From: a virus
IMG/VR virus record: IMGVR_UViG_3300047323_000694
Coordinates: 34,045 to 98,044 of that record
Strand: one strand, 5' to 3'
Length of the DNA stretch: 64,000 bases
In this document: in pieces, positions 54,521 to 64,000 of the stretch
Layout: each line of letters opens with the position of its first letter
Position numbering within the stretch: position 1 is the stretch's first letter
Notes under the pieces: generated by a model
What the model was told of the DNA's origin: nothing
The model's input: the letters and a program-made list of their open reading frames with translations, nothing else
Databases searched by the model: none
Position numbers and translations under genes: made by a program

Positions 54521-54893
54521 GCCCTCACATCATCTTAGACGACGCACTGGAAAGCCTTGAGCACCCAGCCAGCGCCTACGGCGAGACGATTTTGGTGCAG
54601 CGAATCATCACCAAGATGATGACCGACCACCTGATCACCCTCGAAGAGTTTTCACACTACTGCAAGCGCCTGAACAAAATCACTGCCGGGCGCAGGGAGG
54701 CAGCATGAGCACGCCAATCGTTAAATCCCTGATAGACGAAATGCTCGAAGAGATCGCCGGGGCCAACCCTGCGGACGTGATTCAGCGCGCCGAGCGCCTG
54801 GGCTATGTCGGCTGGCCGCTGAAGTCGTACCGCGAGCCGGGCGGGCCATGGGTTCATCGGTATGCGGCGCCGAAGGTTGGGATGCGGCCATGA
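54508..54893 (+). CDS. Two coupled small hypothetical ORFs (54508-54708 and 54705-54893)
   Basis: ATGA overlaps typical of phage early operons. Confidence 0.55.
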
Positions 54894-55111
54894 GCTCCAT
54901 TAAACCCTGTCCCTTCTGCGGCTCACCGGCTGAAATTGATACTCAGCAGCCTTACCGGAATTTTCAGTCTGGCGTTCTTGGTTCGGCCGTGGCCGTTTAC
55001 TGCACCGGATGTATCGCCAATATGTCCATCTGCCGAGAGGATGTGCCGGACGTCGATGCTGACATGGTGATCGAGCTTTGGAATGCCAGGCATGAAGGGT
55101 CGATAAATTGA
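54890..55111 (+). CDS. Second Lar-family zinc-ribbon protein
   Basis: KPCPFCG...V.C.GC....WN.R. Confidence 0.68.
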   Translation: MSSIKPCPFCGSPAEIDTQQPYRNFQSGVLGSAVAVYCTGCIANMSICREDVPDVDADMVIELWNARHEGSIN

Positions 55112-55447
55112 CCCGTCAACGCCTGCGCAGACTCGCTTACTGGCGAGGCTCTGCATACGCCCTCCTATTCGCAACTGCTTGGATGCTCGCAAGCGCATAC
55201 GCAGAGCGAATCACGAACTAACCCTTTCATTTACTCGCAGCGCCCCGGCATTCGGCATGGCGCGTGGAGATAGTCATGTCCGCAGAAAGTCTGCGCGCAA
55301 CGCCTACTGAGGCCGCAAGGCTGCATTGGCGCGCCGAGGGTGAGTTTCATCCGCTGCAATTCACTGGCGACCAGCGCAAAGAGTACGAAGCAGAGCAGGC
55401 CCGCCTTGAGCGGGAATGGGATAACCAACCTAATTGAGGTGGACGCC

Positions 55448-56086
55448 ATGGCAACAGTCGTTTTGATTCTCGGCAAGTCTGGCAGCGGGAAAAGCACATC
55501 GCTGCGAAATATGAACCCTGCCGAAGTTGCCCTGGTGCAGGTGATTGGCAAGCGTCTCCCGTTCAAAGGTGCGGCCAACTGGAAGCCATTCGTTACCGAC
55601 GATCACGCACGCATCATCGCTGCCAGCAAGAAGGCTTCCGCCGGCGGGAGAAAGGTGATCGTGATCGATGACTACCAGTATGTGCTGGCCAACGAGTTCA
55701 TGCGCCGCAGTCAGGAAAAAGGCTACGACAAGTTCAACGACATCGGACGGCATACTTGGGATGTGTTCGACGCCCTTCTCAAGCTGCCCGATGACGTCCG
55801 GGTCTACATCCTCAGCCATACAGAGGAAAGCGAGACCGGGCAAATCAAGATGAAGACCGTCGGCAAGATGCTGGACGACAAGATCACGCTGGAAGGCCTT
55901 GTGACCATCTGCCTGCGAGCAACAGTTCAGGACGGCCAACACTATTTCGCCACCCGCAATAACGGATCAGACACGACCAAGGCGCCTATGGGCATGTTTG
56001 ACAGCGACATGATCGATAACGACCTGGCCGCCGTCGACGCTGCCATCTGCGCCTACTACGAATTCGAATCCCCTCAAGCTGCATAA
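55448..56086 (+). CDS. AAA_24 / Sak4-like recombination ATPase
   Basis: GKSGSGKST Walker A, IVIDD Walker B, KTVGKMLD. Confidence 0.82.
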   Translation: MATVVLILGKSGSGKSTSLRNMNPAEVALVQVIGKRLPFKGAANWKPFVTDDHARIIAASKKASAGGRKVIVIDDYQYVLANEFMRRSQEKGYDKFNDIGRHTWDVFDALLKLPDDVRVYILSHTEESETGQIKMKTVGKMLDDKITLEGLVTICLRATVQDGQHYFATRNNGSDTTKAPMGMFDSDMIDNDLAAVDAAICAYYEFESPQAA

Positions 56087-56097
56087 GGAACCGCTCA

Positions 56098-56754
56098 ATG
56101 TTCAATCTCGACGCAAACGCCGCCCGGTCGGCTGACAACAAATCAGCATTCATCGACACTGCAGGCAAATACATCGGCACCTTTACCCGTGCCGAGTACA
56201 TGGACAAGCAAGATACCGGGTCGACCGGCATCGGTTTCAGCTACAAGACTCGCGAGGGCGCCGAAGGCCAGTTCTACCTGAACCTGACCTATCAGCACGG
56301 TACCCGCAATGATGGCGGCTATGCCCTCCTGAACGCCATGATGGCGTGCATGCAGTTGCGCACTGTTGGCGCCCCTCAGTCGATGGAGGCTGAGAAGTGG
56401 GATAGCGACAGTAAGCAGCGAGTGAAGGTAAAGGTACAAGGCTTTGCCGAGCTGTGCGGCAAGCCTCTTGGCTTGTTGATCCAGATGGAAATCGAGAAGA
56501 ACAGCACCACCGGCATGGAGCGCCCAGTTATCTTCGCGCCATTCAGTGCTGAGTCTGAAAAGACCGCATCGGAGATCCTAGATCCTCGCTGCACGGCTCC
56601 GACGAAGCTGGAAAAGATGGTCCAGCAGATCATGAAACGCCCTGTTGTTGACCGCCGCCCCAAAGGTTCGACGTCGAGCCAGCAAGGTATCCAGCATCAA
56701 AGCGGCCCCATGGCTGACGGTCCTGACTCCTTCGATGATGACATTCCGTTCTAG
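56098..56754 (+). CDS. Single-stranded DNA-binding protein (Sak4 partner)
   Basis: Acidic C-terminus FDDDIPF; follows the ATPase. Confidence 0.7.
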   Translation: MFNLDANAARSADNKSAFIDTAGKYIGTFTRAEYMDKQDTGSTGIGFSYKTREGAEGQFYLNLTYQHGTRNDGGYALLNAMMACMQLRTVGAPQSMEAEKWDSDSKQRVKVKVQGFAELCGKPLGLLIQMEIEKNSTTGMERPVIFAPFSAESEKTASEILDPRCTAPTKLEKMVQQIMKRPVVDRRPKGSTSSQQGIQHQSGPMADGPDSFDDDIPF

Positions 56755-56796
56755 GATATAGCTGAGAGGCCCTTATTCGGGTCAAGCCATTCCCTT

Positions 56797-56822
56797 GGGC
56801 GCCGTTGAGCGCCCTTTCTTTT
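56797..56822 (+). terminator. Rho-independent terminator
   Basis: GGGCGC-CGTTGA-GCGCCC-TTTCTTTT. Confidence 0.65.
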
Positions 56823-56833
56823 GGAGCAAAGAA

Positions 56834-57544
56834 ATGAACATCTATTTGGATATCGAGACAATCCCCGGTCAGGCGGAGGGAATCAAGGAGATCCTGGCAG
56901 AGCGAATCACTGCGCCAGGCAACTACAAGAAGCCTGAGACGATCCTTGCTTGGGAGCAGAACGAAAAGCCCGCACTGATTGAGGAGGCTTGGCTGAAGAC
57001 CAGCTTTGACGGCGCATTCGGCCATATCGCTGTAGCTTCAATTGCAATTGGCGACGATACGCCGACGACCTTCTACAGCCATGACTGGCCGGGCGGTGAG
57101 CGCGGGATTCTTTTCGACCTGTTCAACGTCATCGAATCCGTTGGTGGGCGTGAATATGGCGGAGGGACGCGCCAAGGAGTGAAGCCCGTGTTCATTGGTC
57201 ACAACGTACTCAACTTCGATCTGCGCTTCATCTTTCAGAGGGCAGTAATGCTCGGCATTCGACCTCCTGCGTGCATTCCGTTTGACGCCAAGCCATGGGG
57301 GTCGGAAGTGTTCGACACCATGACTGCTTGGGCTGGCGCACGCGGCACGGTGAGCCTGGACAAACTTTGCAAGGTGTTCAGCATTGCCGCCAAGGGCAGC
57401 GAGATCGAAGACGAGATCGACGGCAGCAAGGTATGGGAATTCGTGCAGGCTGGGCGTATCGATGATGTTGCCAAGTACTGCGCGGGCGACGTAGAGCGCG
57501 TGCGTCAAATCTATAAGCGCCTCACATTCGCGCAGGCGGCCTGA
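56834..57544 (+). CDS. DnaQ-like 3'-5' exonuclease
   Basis: YLDIET, IGHN...FDL, Y...DV (DEDDy). Confidence 0.82.
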   Translation: MNIYLDIETIPGQAEGIKEILAERITAPGNYKKPETILAWEQNEKPALIEEAWLKTSFDGAFGHIAVASIAIGDDTPTTFYSHDWPGGERGILFDLFNVIESVGGREYGGGTRQGVKPVFIGHNVLNFDLRFIFQRAVMLGIRPPACIPFDAKPWGSEVFDTMTAWAGARGTVSLDKLCKVFSIAAKGSEIEDEIDGSKVWEFVQAGRIDDVAKYCAGDVERVRQIYKRLTFAQAA

Positions 57545-57546
57545 CC

Positions 57547-58017
57547 ATGAGCATCAGCCTTGAACTGAGCATGGTTCAGCACAACAGGATCGCGTCAGCT
57601 CAAATTGCTGATGCGGTCGATTCATTCATGCAGCGCGGCGGGCAAATTCAGTTTCTCGAATCCGGTATAGCCCGGCCGGTCGGACTGGTAGCGCAGTACA
57701 ACTCGCCCCGCATCGAGCCGCCGAACAAGAAGGAGTCCATGCAGAAGCAGCGCGTGCGGCCGGACATTGACGAGGCCATAGCGAAAGCCGAGGCCAAATC
57801 AGCCGCGGCTAAATCGAGAGCTGAGGCGCGGGCCTCTCGCCCCAAGGTATTCAGCGAAAGCGAAATGAAGATGGTTGCCCGGGTGAAAACCATGCGCGAC
57901 CTGGGGGTCACTCGCAAGCAGGCTGCCAAGCACATGCAGATCAGCGACACGCTGATGACGAGGCTGATCAATGACCATGCCATCGACTATCCCAAAGCCG
58001 TGAATGGTCACAAATGA
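57547..58017 (+). CDS. Hypothetical protein with C-terminal HTH
   Basis: F.QRGG.I N-terminus; TRKQAAKHM.IS..L..RL. Confidence 0.6.
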   Translation: MSISLELSMVQHNRIASAQIADAVDSFMQRGGQIQFLESGIARPVGLVAQYNSPRIEPPNKKESMQKQRVRPDIDEAIAKAEAKSAAAKSRAEARASRPKVFSESEMKMVARVKTMRDLGVTRKQAAKHMQISDTLMTRLINDHAIDYPKAVNGHK

Positions 58018-58098
58018 GGCGCGCTTTCAAAGCCTCGCAACGCCGAAAGCGCGAAACACAACACCATCTGCCGCCCAGTGGAATAAAGGAGCTGATGC

Positions 58099-58410
58099 AT
58101 GGCGATGAATCAGAAAGAGAGGGATGTTCGCCGTCACGACAAGGCGGCGCGGCTACAGGAAGAGGACCTACGACTCAAGGTCAGGCCGGGCACTAAGCAA
58201 GCCTTGGCTGAGCTGATGGAGTGGTCCGGGCTTGAGGAGCAAGGGGAGGCGCTGACACTGATGATTCATCATCTGCATGCGCTGGGGCCGGGATGTGCGT
58301 TGCCATTGCTTTCCGCGCCGCGCCACGCTTACGTGATACCCGAAAACGTGGCGCGAAAACTCGAGATTGCCTACAGTCGGGAAGCGCTGCGGACTGGGCG
58401 CGATGACTAG
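58099..58410 (+). CDS. Hypothetical protein containing palindrome copy 4 (58319-58355)
   Basis: LRLKVRPGT...L.ELMEW...EQ.EA.TL.IH; APRH..IPENVAR. Confidence 0.65.
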   Translation: MAMNQKERDVRRHDKAARLQEEDLRLKVRPGTKQALAELMEWSGLEEQGEALTLMIHHLHALGPGCALPLLSAPRHAYVIPENVARKLEIAYSREALRTGRDD

Positions 58411-58412
58411 CC

Positions 58413-58658
58413 TTAGGTCGTCAGGAGTCGGTCAACATATCGTTTGACGTGTAGCTTGCCTTCGTTAACCGCGTCATCGAACGACGTGTACTCGGCGTGC
58501 TCGCGGATATTGTCCACTTGCCCGCCCGGTAGCCTCACTTCGATACGTAAAGCCTGAGGAATTGGGTTATTCGCCTCTCCCCATGCAAAGCCAATCTTCG
58601 ACTCAATGTCGCGGTAGGTGTAGTCAACGGGGTATGGACGGTCAACTGCCATGCTCAT
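58413..58658 (-). CDS. Small opposite-strand moron protein
   Basis: 81 aa, GGAG RBS, convergent with the previous gene. Confidence 0.55.
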   Translation of the reverse strand: MSMAVDRPYPVDYTYRDIESKIGFAWGEANNPIPQALRIEVRLPGGQVDNIREHAEYTSFDDAVNEGKLHVKRYVDRLLTT

Positions 58659-58766
58659 GAGTTACTCCTTTTGACCCGGCTCCATGCCGGTCACCCGTAA
58701 TACCCCAACACAAAACAAATTGCCACCAGCCAGCATCGGAGGTTGGCGTACGCATTGGAATTCAAT

Positions 58767-59903
58767 ATGAGCGAGCTTCACCAGATATTGGTCGGTGACT
58801 GCATCGAGATGATGCGGACGCTGCCAGGCCAGTCCGTACAGACCTGCGTAACGTCGCCGCCCTACTTCGGCCTCCGCGACTACGGTGTCGAAGGCCAGAT
58901 AGGCCTGGAGCAGACACCGGCCGAGTTCATTGCTCGATTGGTAGATGTTTTCCGGGAGGTTCGCCGAGTACTCCGCGATGACGGAACGATGTGGGTAAAC
59001 ATGGGCGACAGCTATGCAGGCAGTTGGGGCGCCCACGGCCGGGATGATATGGGTGTCGGTGTTTCAACGATCAGCCAGCGGCAGGTTATGGCGAGTCAGC
59101 GAAAAGCCAAGGCCGCCACGCACGCCGAGTACAAGCCGAAGGACTTGATGGGCATGCCTTGGCGTCTTGCGTTCGCACTGCAGGATGATGGCTGGTATCT
59201 GCGGCAGGACATCATCTGGCACAAGCCGAACCCAATGCCAGAGTCGACGCGCGACCGCTGCACCAAGGCTCATGAGTATTTGTTCCTTCTCAGCAAGTCG
59301 CGACGGTACCACTGCGACATGCAGGCTATCCGGGAGCCAGCAGCATATGGACCAACTCCAAGTGGCGTCGGTTTCGGCCACGGTTTTGATGCGGTACCGA
59401 AGCCGCGAGTAACAGTGCCTGCTGGCTGGGATACTACAACCGGTGAAGGCGGTCACGGCGCATTTCATAAGTCAGGATCTGCGCGGACCAATCGCGACAC
59501 TTTCCTGCGCGAAGGGTCTAAGCGCGAACAGCCGATACCTGGACAGGCCAAGGGCACGCACCGGCCAGATCGAGAGCCGAGCAGCTGGGACATATTGACG
59601 CGGAACAAGCGCAGTGTCTGGACTGTGGCAACGCATAGTTTCAAGGGCGCCCACTTCGCGACCTTCCCGCCAGACCTGATTAGGCCATGCATTTTGGCCG
59701 GGGCGCCACGCGGCGGGATCGTGCTCGATCCGTTCGGCGGTGCCGGTACGACTGCACTGGTATCCATGCAGGAGGGTCGCCGATCAATCCTGTGTGAGCT
59801 GAACCCTGAATATGCGCAGTTAGCTAGAGCGAGAATCGACGCGGCATGGCTCGATGGTGCGGCGCAGATGGATGTTTTTCACGACGCGGTACCAGCAGCC
59901 TAA
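58767..59903 (+). CDS. DNA N4-cytosine/N6-adenine methyltransferase (beta class)
   Basis: TSPPY, IIWHK, HFATFP, VLDPFGGAGTT. Confidence 0.92.
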   Translation: MSELHQILVGDCIEMMRTLPGQSVQTCVTSPPYFGLRDYGVEGQIGLEQTPAEFIARLVDVFREVRRVLRDDGTMWVNMGDSYAGSWGAHGRDDMGVGVSTISQRQVMASQRKAKAATHAEYKPKDLMGMPWRLAFALQDDGWYLRQDIIWHKPNPMPESTRDRCTKAHEYLFLLSKSRRYHCDMQAIREPAAYGPTPSGVGFGHGFDAVPKPRVTVPAGWDTTTGEGGHGAFHKSGSARTNRDTFLREGSKREQPIPGQAKGTHRPDREPSSWDILTRNKRSVWTVATHSFKGAHFATFPPDLIRPCILAGAPRGGIVLDPFGGAGTTALVSMQEGRRSILCELNPEYAQLARARIDAAWLDGAAQMDVFHDAVPAA

Positions 59904-59957
59904 TTCGAAATCCCCCCACTCCCACGAATCACGCCACCACCCAGGCGAGGACGCCTT

Positions 59958-61623
59958 ATGTGCAACGTACTTTACCGCGAGGGCGCTGCCTGGGCGGTCG
60001 ACTCAATCCGCCAACTCCAAAACTCGGCAGGCAAAGGCGATCAGTACCGCCAGCTCATCAACTACCTCGAACGCGGGAAAACGAATAAGCCGGCTGACTT
60101 CGTTCGCGGCGTTGAGTCCGTGATCGATCAAGTGAAGAAGGTTGCCGCATGACAGCGCTACGCCGAACGACTACGCCCAGGGCGATGCAGATGCAGTTCC
60201 TCGATCTGTCCTGCATCTGCGATCTATGCAATCGGCCCCGAGCCCACGGAAACCACGCGGCCTGCTCTAGAAAGCGGCAGGCCATTTATGCGAAGGAGAG
60301 AATGAATCGTGAGTGAATGGAAATTGGTTCCGGTTGAGCCGACCGGGGAAATGTGTGTAGCAGGTGATGCGGCGTATAGCTGGAATGTCGCGAAGATATT
60401 TAAGGCCATGCTCGCCGCAGCACCGCAACCGCCAGCGCTCGGCGGGGAGCCGGAAGTGCTTGGCTATGCCATCCGTGGGCTGTCTTACTCGCTACGACAT
60501 ACCCGCGCAGAGCTGGACAAGCTAACTGTCCCTTTCGAAGAGGATCAGATTGTTGAACTGATCGATCGCGGCCACGTCGCCCCGCTGCTGGCTGAGATTG
60601 GAAGTAAGGACAAAGAACTATCCAAGCTGGCTGATGACTATTGCAAGAAAGTTGACGAACTAATTGAATCAAATGCAGAGCGCGACACGCTCAAGGCGCG
60701 GTGTGAAGTACTGGAAGCTGCGCTCTCAGGAATGGTTGAGTATTTTCCTGAAGGCCACTCTGATGGCGAATGCTTCAGCATTGATACGGCTAAAGCGGTA
60801 CTGAATAAGGCCACGCCAGCCGCCAAGGATGGTGCGCTATGAACGTCAACCAAAATGAATGCAAGGCAGCCGGACTTGACCCGGAAGTAGTCGACCGCCT
60901 TCGTGCCAGGCAGGAAAAGCTGTTGAAAGATATGGCCAGGGCTGGTGTCGCGCTTTTCTGTGGCAGCTGTAGCACCCTGCGACCAGCCTCTGGAGACATG
61001 ACCTTAATCCTTGCCGGAATTGTTGAGGGATACACCGACGGCGGTTGCGGTGCGTCATCTGTTTGCGAGGATGGACTTGAGAGGGGTGAGGACCTATGAC
61101 TGACAAACAGAGTACGGTCGTTGTGTCGCGCGAGCTGGCTGAGCGCATAGTCAAGACCTGTATGTTCACAATGCTTGAAGCTGACTATCAAGAGCTGCGC
61201 GCCCTACTCGCCGCCACGCCAGAGCAGGCCGTCGATGTGGGCGATCCGGTGGCGATAATCAATGAGGGTGACGAAGGCCTGTTTGCCGAATTCCTCTACG
61301 GCGAGGACGGAAGCCCATTGAAGCGAGGCGACAAGCTGTACCTGAATCCAGCGGACAAGGGATATGTCACAAAGCTGGCCTACGAGGCAATGCAGACAGA
61401 AGTAGCACGGCTCAACGCCCAGCCACCGCCCAAAGTTGTCGCCGAACAACTCCAATCCCTGATCAGTGCCGTTCGCTCAATCAATCACGGACCACGCCAC
61501 GCGCACCATATGCCCGGCGATGACGAACCCTGCTACCTTCAGCGTAAGGAGTGGGTGGAATGGATTCTCGGCATGTGTGACGAATCCGAAGCCGCATTGA
61601 CGCCCATCACCCCGCAAGCCTAA
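59958..61623 (+). CDS. Cluster of small early hypothetical ORFs (59958-60152, 60309-60842, 60839-61099, 61096-61623)
   Basis: Coupled starts and stops; WKLVPVEPT.EM...AMLAAAP phage motif in 60309-60842. Confidence 0.58.
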
Positions 61624-61825
61624 ACCCCTTCCCTTTCACACACCGCATCAGCGGTATGGCGGAGCTATTGCCAATGGATAGCCGTGAACGCTTCGAACAG
61701 GCCTACGCCGAAGACAACAACTGCACTCCTGAATGGTGCCGTGATCAACGTATGAGCACTGGCAGTTATCTGGATCGGTATCTCGCCCGAGCCTGGCACT
61801 GGTGGTCGCGTGCCAAGGAGGCAGC

Positions 61826-62038
61826 ATGAACAAGTTACTCCTGGCAGCCCTACTGCTCTCACCCCTGGCCCAGGCCGAGAACGTGATCGACGTTCAGCAC
61901 GACACGGCCCGAGGTATCACCTGCTACATCCTCAATGGAGTGGGGATCAGCTGCATACCTGACAGTCAGCTTCGCGATGGGCCGAAGAAGATGCAGGCGC
62001 CGGCTGATCCTGTTGATGGCGAGAGGTATTCGATGTGA
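61826..62038 (+). CDS. Small exported protein
   Basis: GGAGG RBS, signal peptide MNKLLLAALLLSPLAQA, GITCY....GISCIP. Confidence 0.65.
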   Translation: MNKLLLAALLLSPLAQAENVIDVQHDTARGITCYILNGVGISCIPDSQLRDGPKKMQAPADPVDGERYSM

Positions 62039-62273
62039 GCCGATTCATCGCGATCATCCACGGCTGGCACGTCCACAGCAATGGCTTCAACGTCCACGAA
62101 CTCGACGCCCTAAGCCTGGCCGAAGCCGAGAAAGAGGCTTGCTGGCTCAAGGGGCGGCGCGAGGGGGGGGTGGGTTCGACCGATGCGCCTATGTGGTCGT
62201 TCAGGTTGGCGACTGCGAGCACCTTCCCCGGCGCCTCACCTGGCGCGAGCGCCTGACCGGCAAGATTCAGTAA
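62035..62273 (+). pseudogene. Small gene apparently frameshifted in a G8 tract
   Basis: G9 or G6 at 62163-62170 would join MSRFIAI..KGRRE to GGFDRCAYVVVQVG..RRLTWRERLTGKIQ*. Confidence 0.5.
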
Positions 62274-62320
62274 CTCCCCTCCCCACTTCAAGCCTGCCGC
62301 ATGGCGGGCGAGGCCTTGCT

Positions 62321-62641
62321 ATGTCTCTTAATGTATCTCTGATCGTCGATGGCGATTGCGTCTATGACGCGAATATCACCCACAACCTCGGAAAGATGGC
62401 TGCCGAGGCAGGAGTGTACGAGTACCTATGGCGCCCCGAAGATATTGGAGCAATAACGGCAGCCGATATCACTGACGGATTGCGTGTCGGCTTGCATGAC
62501 CTGGTGGAGCGCCCTACCCACTTCGAACAGTTCGACTCGCCGAACGGCTGGGGCAAGTACGAGCACTTCGTCCCCTTCGTATCGAAATATCTTGAAGCAT
62601 GCGTCATGCATCCGACGGCCGTGCTGCAAATTTCTCGATAA
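62321..62641 (+). CDS. Hypothetical protein
   Basis: ANITHNLGKMA.EAG.Y..LWRP...PNGWG.Y..F. Confidence 0.65.
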   Translation: MSLNVSLIVDGDCVYDANITHNLGKMAAEAGVYEYLWRPEDIGAITAADITDGLRVGLHDLVERPTHFEQFDSPNGWGKYEHFVPFVSKYLEACVMHPTAVLQISR

Positions 62642-62675
62642 CCCCTTCGCCGCCCTGCGCGGCACGGAGCAGCAC

Positions 62676-62888
62676 ATGAAAAAAGAACTGATAAAGATCA
62701 GTGAGTTTCAGCGGCGGCGCTGGGGCGAGAATGGCACACCGCCCTGCCCTCAAGCGATCCGCAACCACATCCGCAACGGGCAAGTGCCCGGGGAGCAGAT
62801 CGGCAAACTCTGGTACGTTGACTGGACGGCGTTCAGCCGGTCGGAAGGCAGTGACCTGGTCGCGATGGTGTTGAAAGGAGCTGCATGA
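62676..62888 (+). CDS. xis: Excisionase
   Basis: 70 aa, AIRNHIRNG..PG..IGKLWYV; ATGA overlap with int. Confidence 0.75.
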   Translation: MKKELIKISEFQRRRWGENGTPPCPQAIRNHIRNGQVPGEQIGKLWYVDWTAFSRSEGSDLVAMVLKGAA

Positions 62889-64000
62889 TGGTCCCACGGC
62901 CGCGAAACAAGGCGAACAAGAGTCTCCCGCAGAACCTGTACTTCGACTCGAGGCGTTCGAGCTATCGCTACCGTCGGCCCACTGATGGTAAGTGGTTCCA
63001 GTTCGGCACCGACCGGATAAAGGCCATCGACGCGGCAAAGCAGTTAAACCTGGAGTTCATGCGCGGCGCTGACCTGATCGTCACCGTTATGGGGAACTCA
63101 GTGGAGTCATTCAGCGGCTTCCTGGATACCTACGAGCGCGAAGTCCTGCCGCCGCGCGAGTTGGCCAAGGGCACCTTGGGTCTGTACGCCGTCCACTTCC
63201 GCCGCTTTCGTAAACACTTCGAAGGAAAGGCAGTGGACCAGATCACGATCCGCATGATCGCTGAAATGCTGGATGCTCTCACCCCGCGCACGGCCAACCA
63301 GTGCAGGGCACTGCTGATCGACATCTTCAATCACGCAGCGGCGAAGGGCTTGTGCCCGGACAACCCGGCGGCCAGCACTATCAACCGGATTGAGAAGAAA
63401 CAGCGCAAGCGGCACACCGTCGACGGACTGAAAGCCATTCGAGAGAAGGCGCCAAACTGGCTGCAGAACGCAATCGACTTGGCACTGATCACTGCTCAGC
63501 GCCGCACCGACATCCTGAACATGCGATTCGATGGTGTTCGGGATGGGTTTCTGTATGTGGTTCAGCAGAAGACGGCCAAAGCCAGTGACGCCGCCTGGAT
63601 ACGGTTCAAGGTGACAGATGAGCTTCAGGCGGTTATCAGCCGGTGCCGGGATGACATCGTCTCCCCGTACTTGATCCACCGTCGGCCTGATCGCAAGAAG
63701 CAGAAGCAGGCGCAAACGAAGGACCACTGGACGCAAGTCGAAGAACGATATTTGACGCGAGCCTTCAAAGAGGCGCGGGAGGTGGCGGGATGTTACAAGG
63801 GCTGGAAGGAAGAGGAAATGCCGGGCTTCCATGAGGTGCGAGCACTGTCGCTACACCTGTACCAGAAAGCCGGGAAAGACGGCCAGAAGATCGCCGGACA
63901 CGCCAGCGAAACCATGACCAAGAACTATCAGAAAGACCACGCCGAAATCGTCTGGTCGGAAGCAATTCCAGACCTGAATATCAGCGAAATTACCGGATAG
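62885..64000 (+). CDS. int: Lambda-type tyrosine integrase
   Basis: Arm-binding N-terminus LPQNLY....YRYR.P..GK, TAQRR.D, QQKT, FHEVRALS, AGH....T..Y. Confidence 0.93.
   Translation: MMVPRPRNKANKSLPQNLYFDSRRSSYRYRRPTDGKWFQFGTDRIKAIDAAKQLNLEFMRGADLIVTVMGNSVESFSGFLDTYEREVLPPRELAKGTLGLYAVHFRRFRKHFEGKAVDQITIRMIAEMLDALTPRTANQCRALLIDIFNHAAAKGLCPDNPAASTINRIEKKQRKRHTVDGLKAIREKAPNWLQNAIDLALITAQRRTDILNMRFDGVRDGFLYVVQQKTAKASDAAWIRFKVTDELQAVISRCRDDIVSPYLIHRRPDRKKQKQAQTKDHWTQVEERYLTRAFKEAREVAGCYKGWKEEEMPGFHEVRALSLHLYQKAGKDGQKIAGHASETMTKNYQKDHAEIVWSEAIPDLNISEITG

Larger units (their letters stand above)
3972..64000. mobile_element. Temperate podovirus-like prophage (~60 kb), apparently complete
   Basis: Lysis, tail, ejection, head, terminase, replication, immunity, recombination, xis and int modules in lambdoid order; no tape measure, tail tube or sheath recognised. 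Confidence 0.92.

Overview
This window looks like a Pseudomonas-type genome (inferred from the tRNA sequence and gene families) and is almost entirely temperate-phage DNA. Positions 1-3853 are the end of one element: a decayed PAPS-reductase-family gene, a C5 DNA methyltransferase with a nested out-of-frame ORF, an excisionase-like gene and a tyrosine integrase. This end abuts a 49-nt 3' fragment of tRNA-Pro(GGG) at 3923-3971 (att core). Positions ~3972-64000 are an apparently complete ~60 kb podovirus-like prophage. On the minus strand it carries the late genes (spanins, GH19 endolysin, tail fibre/receptor-binding cluster, DNA-ejection proteins, N4-gp56-type capsid, portal, terminases, holin) and the nin/replication/cro block; cI and the early, recombination, xis and int genes are on the plus strand. 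The most notable cargo lies in a P22 immI-like arc/mnt/ant module. The antirepressor gene is followed by a 191-aa RAMP/Cas7-like protein, a 154-aa partner and two tandem structured non-coding units, each with 13-14 G(G)Y-NN pentamers, closed by a terminator. This is a candidate phage-encoded RNA-guided system with no CRISPR array, and it matches my unverified recollection of the recently reported VIPR systems. Other accessory features are a HipA-like kinase/DUF3037-like pair in the rexAB position, a Tad2/DUF2829-like sponge, YhaV/mini-PrlF and HicAB toxin-antitoxin pairs, and duplicated small membrane genes with start-codon-sequestering hairpins. The prophage also has a recurrent late-promoter-like motif and four dispersed CGCGCCACG-N18/19-CGTGGCGCG palindromes. 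All family calls come from recognising motifs by eye; no searches were run.
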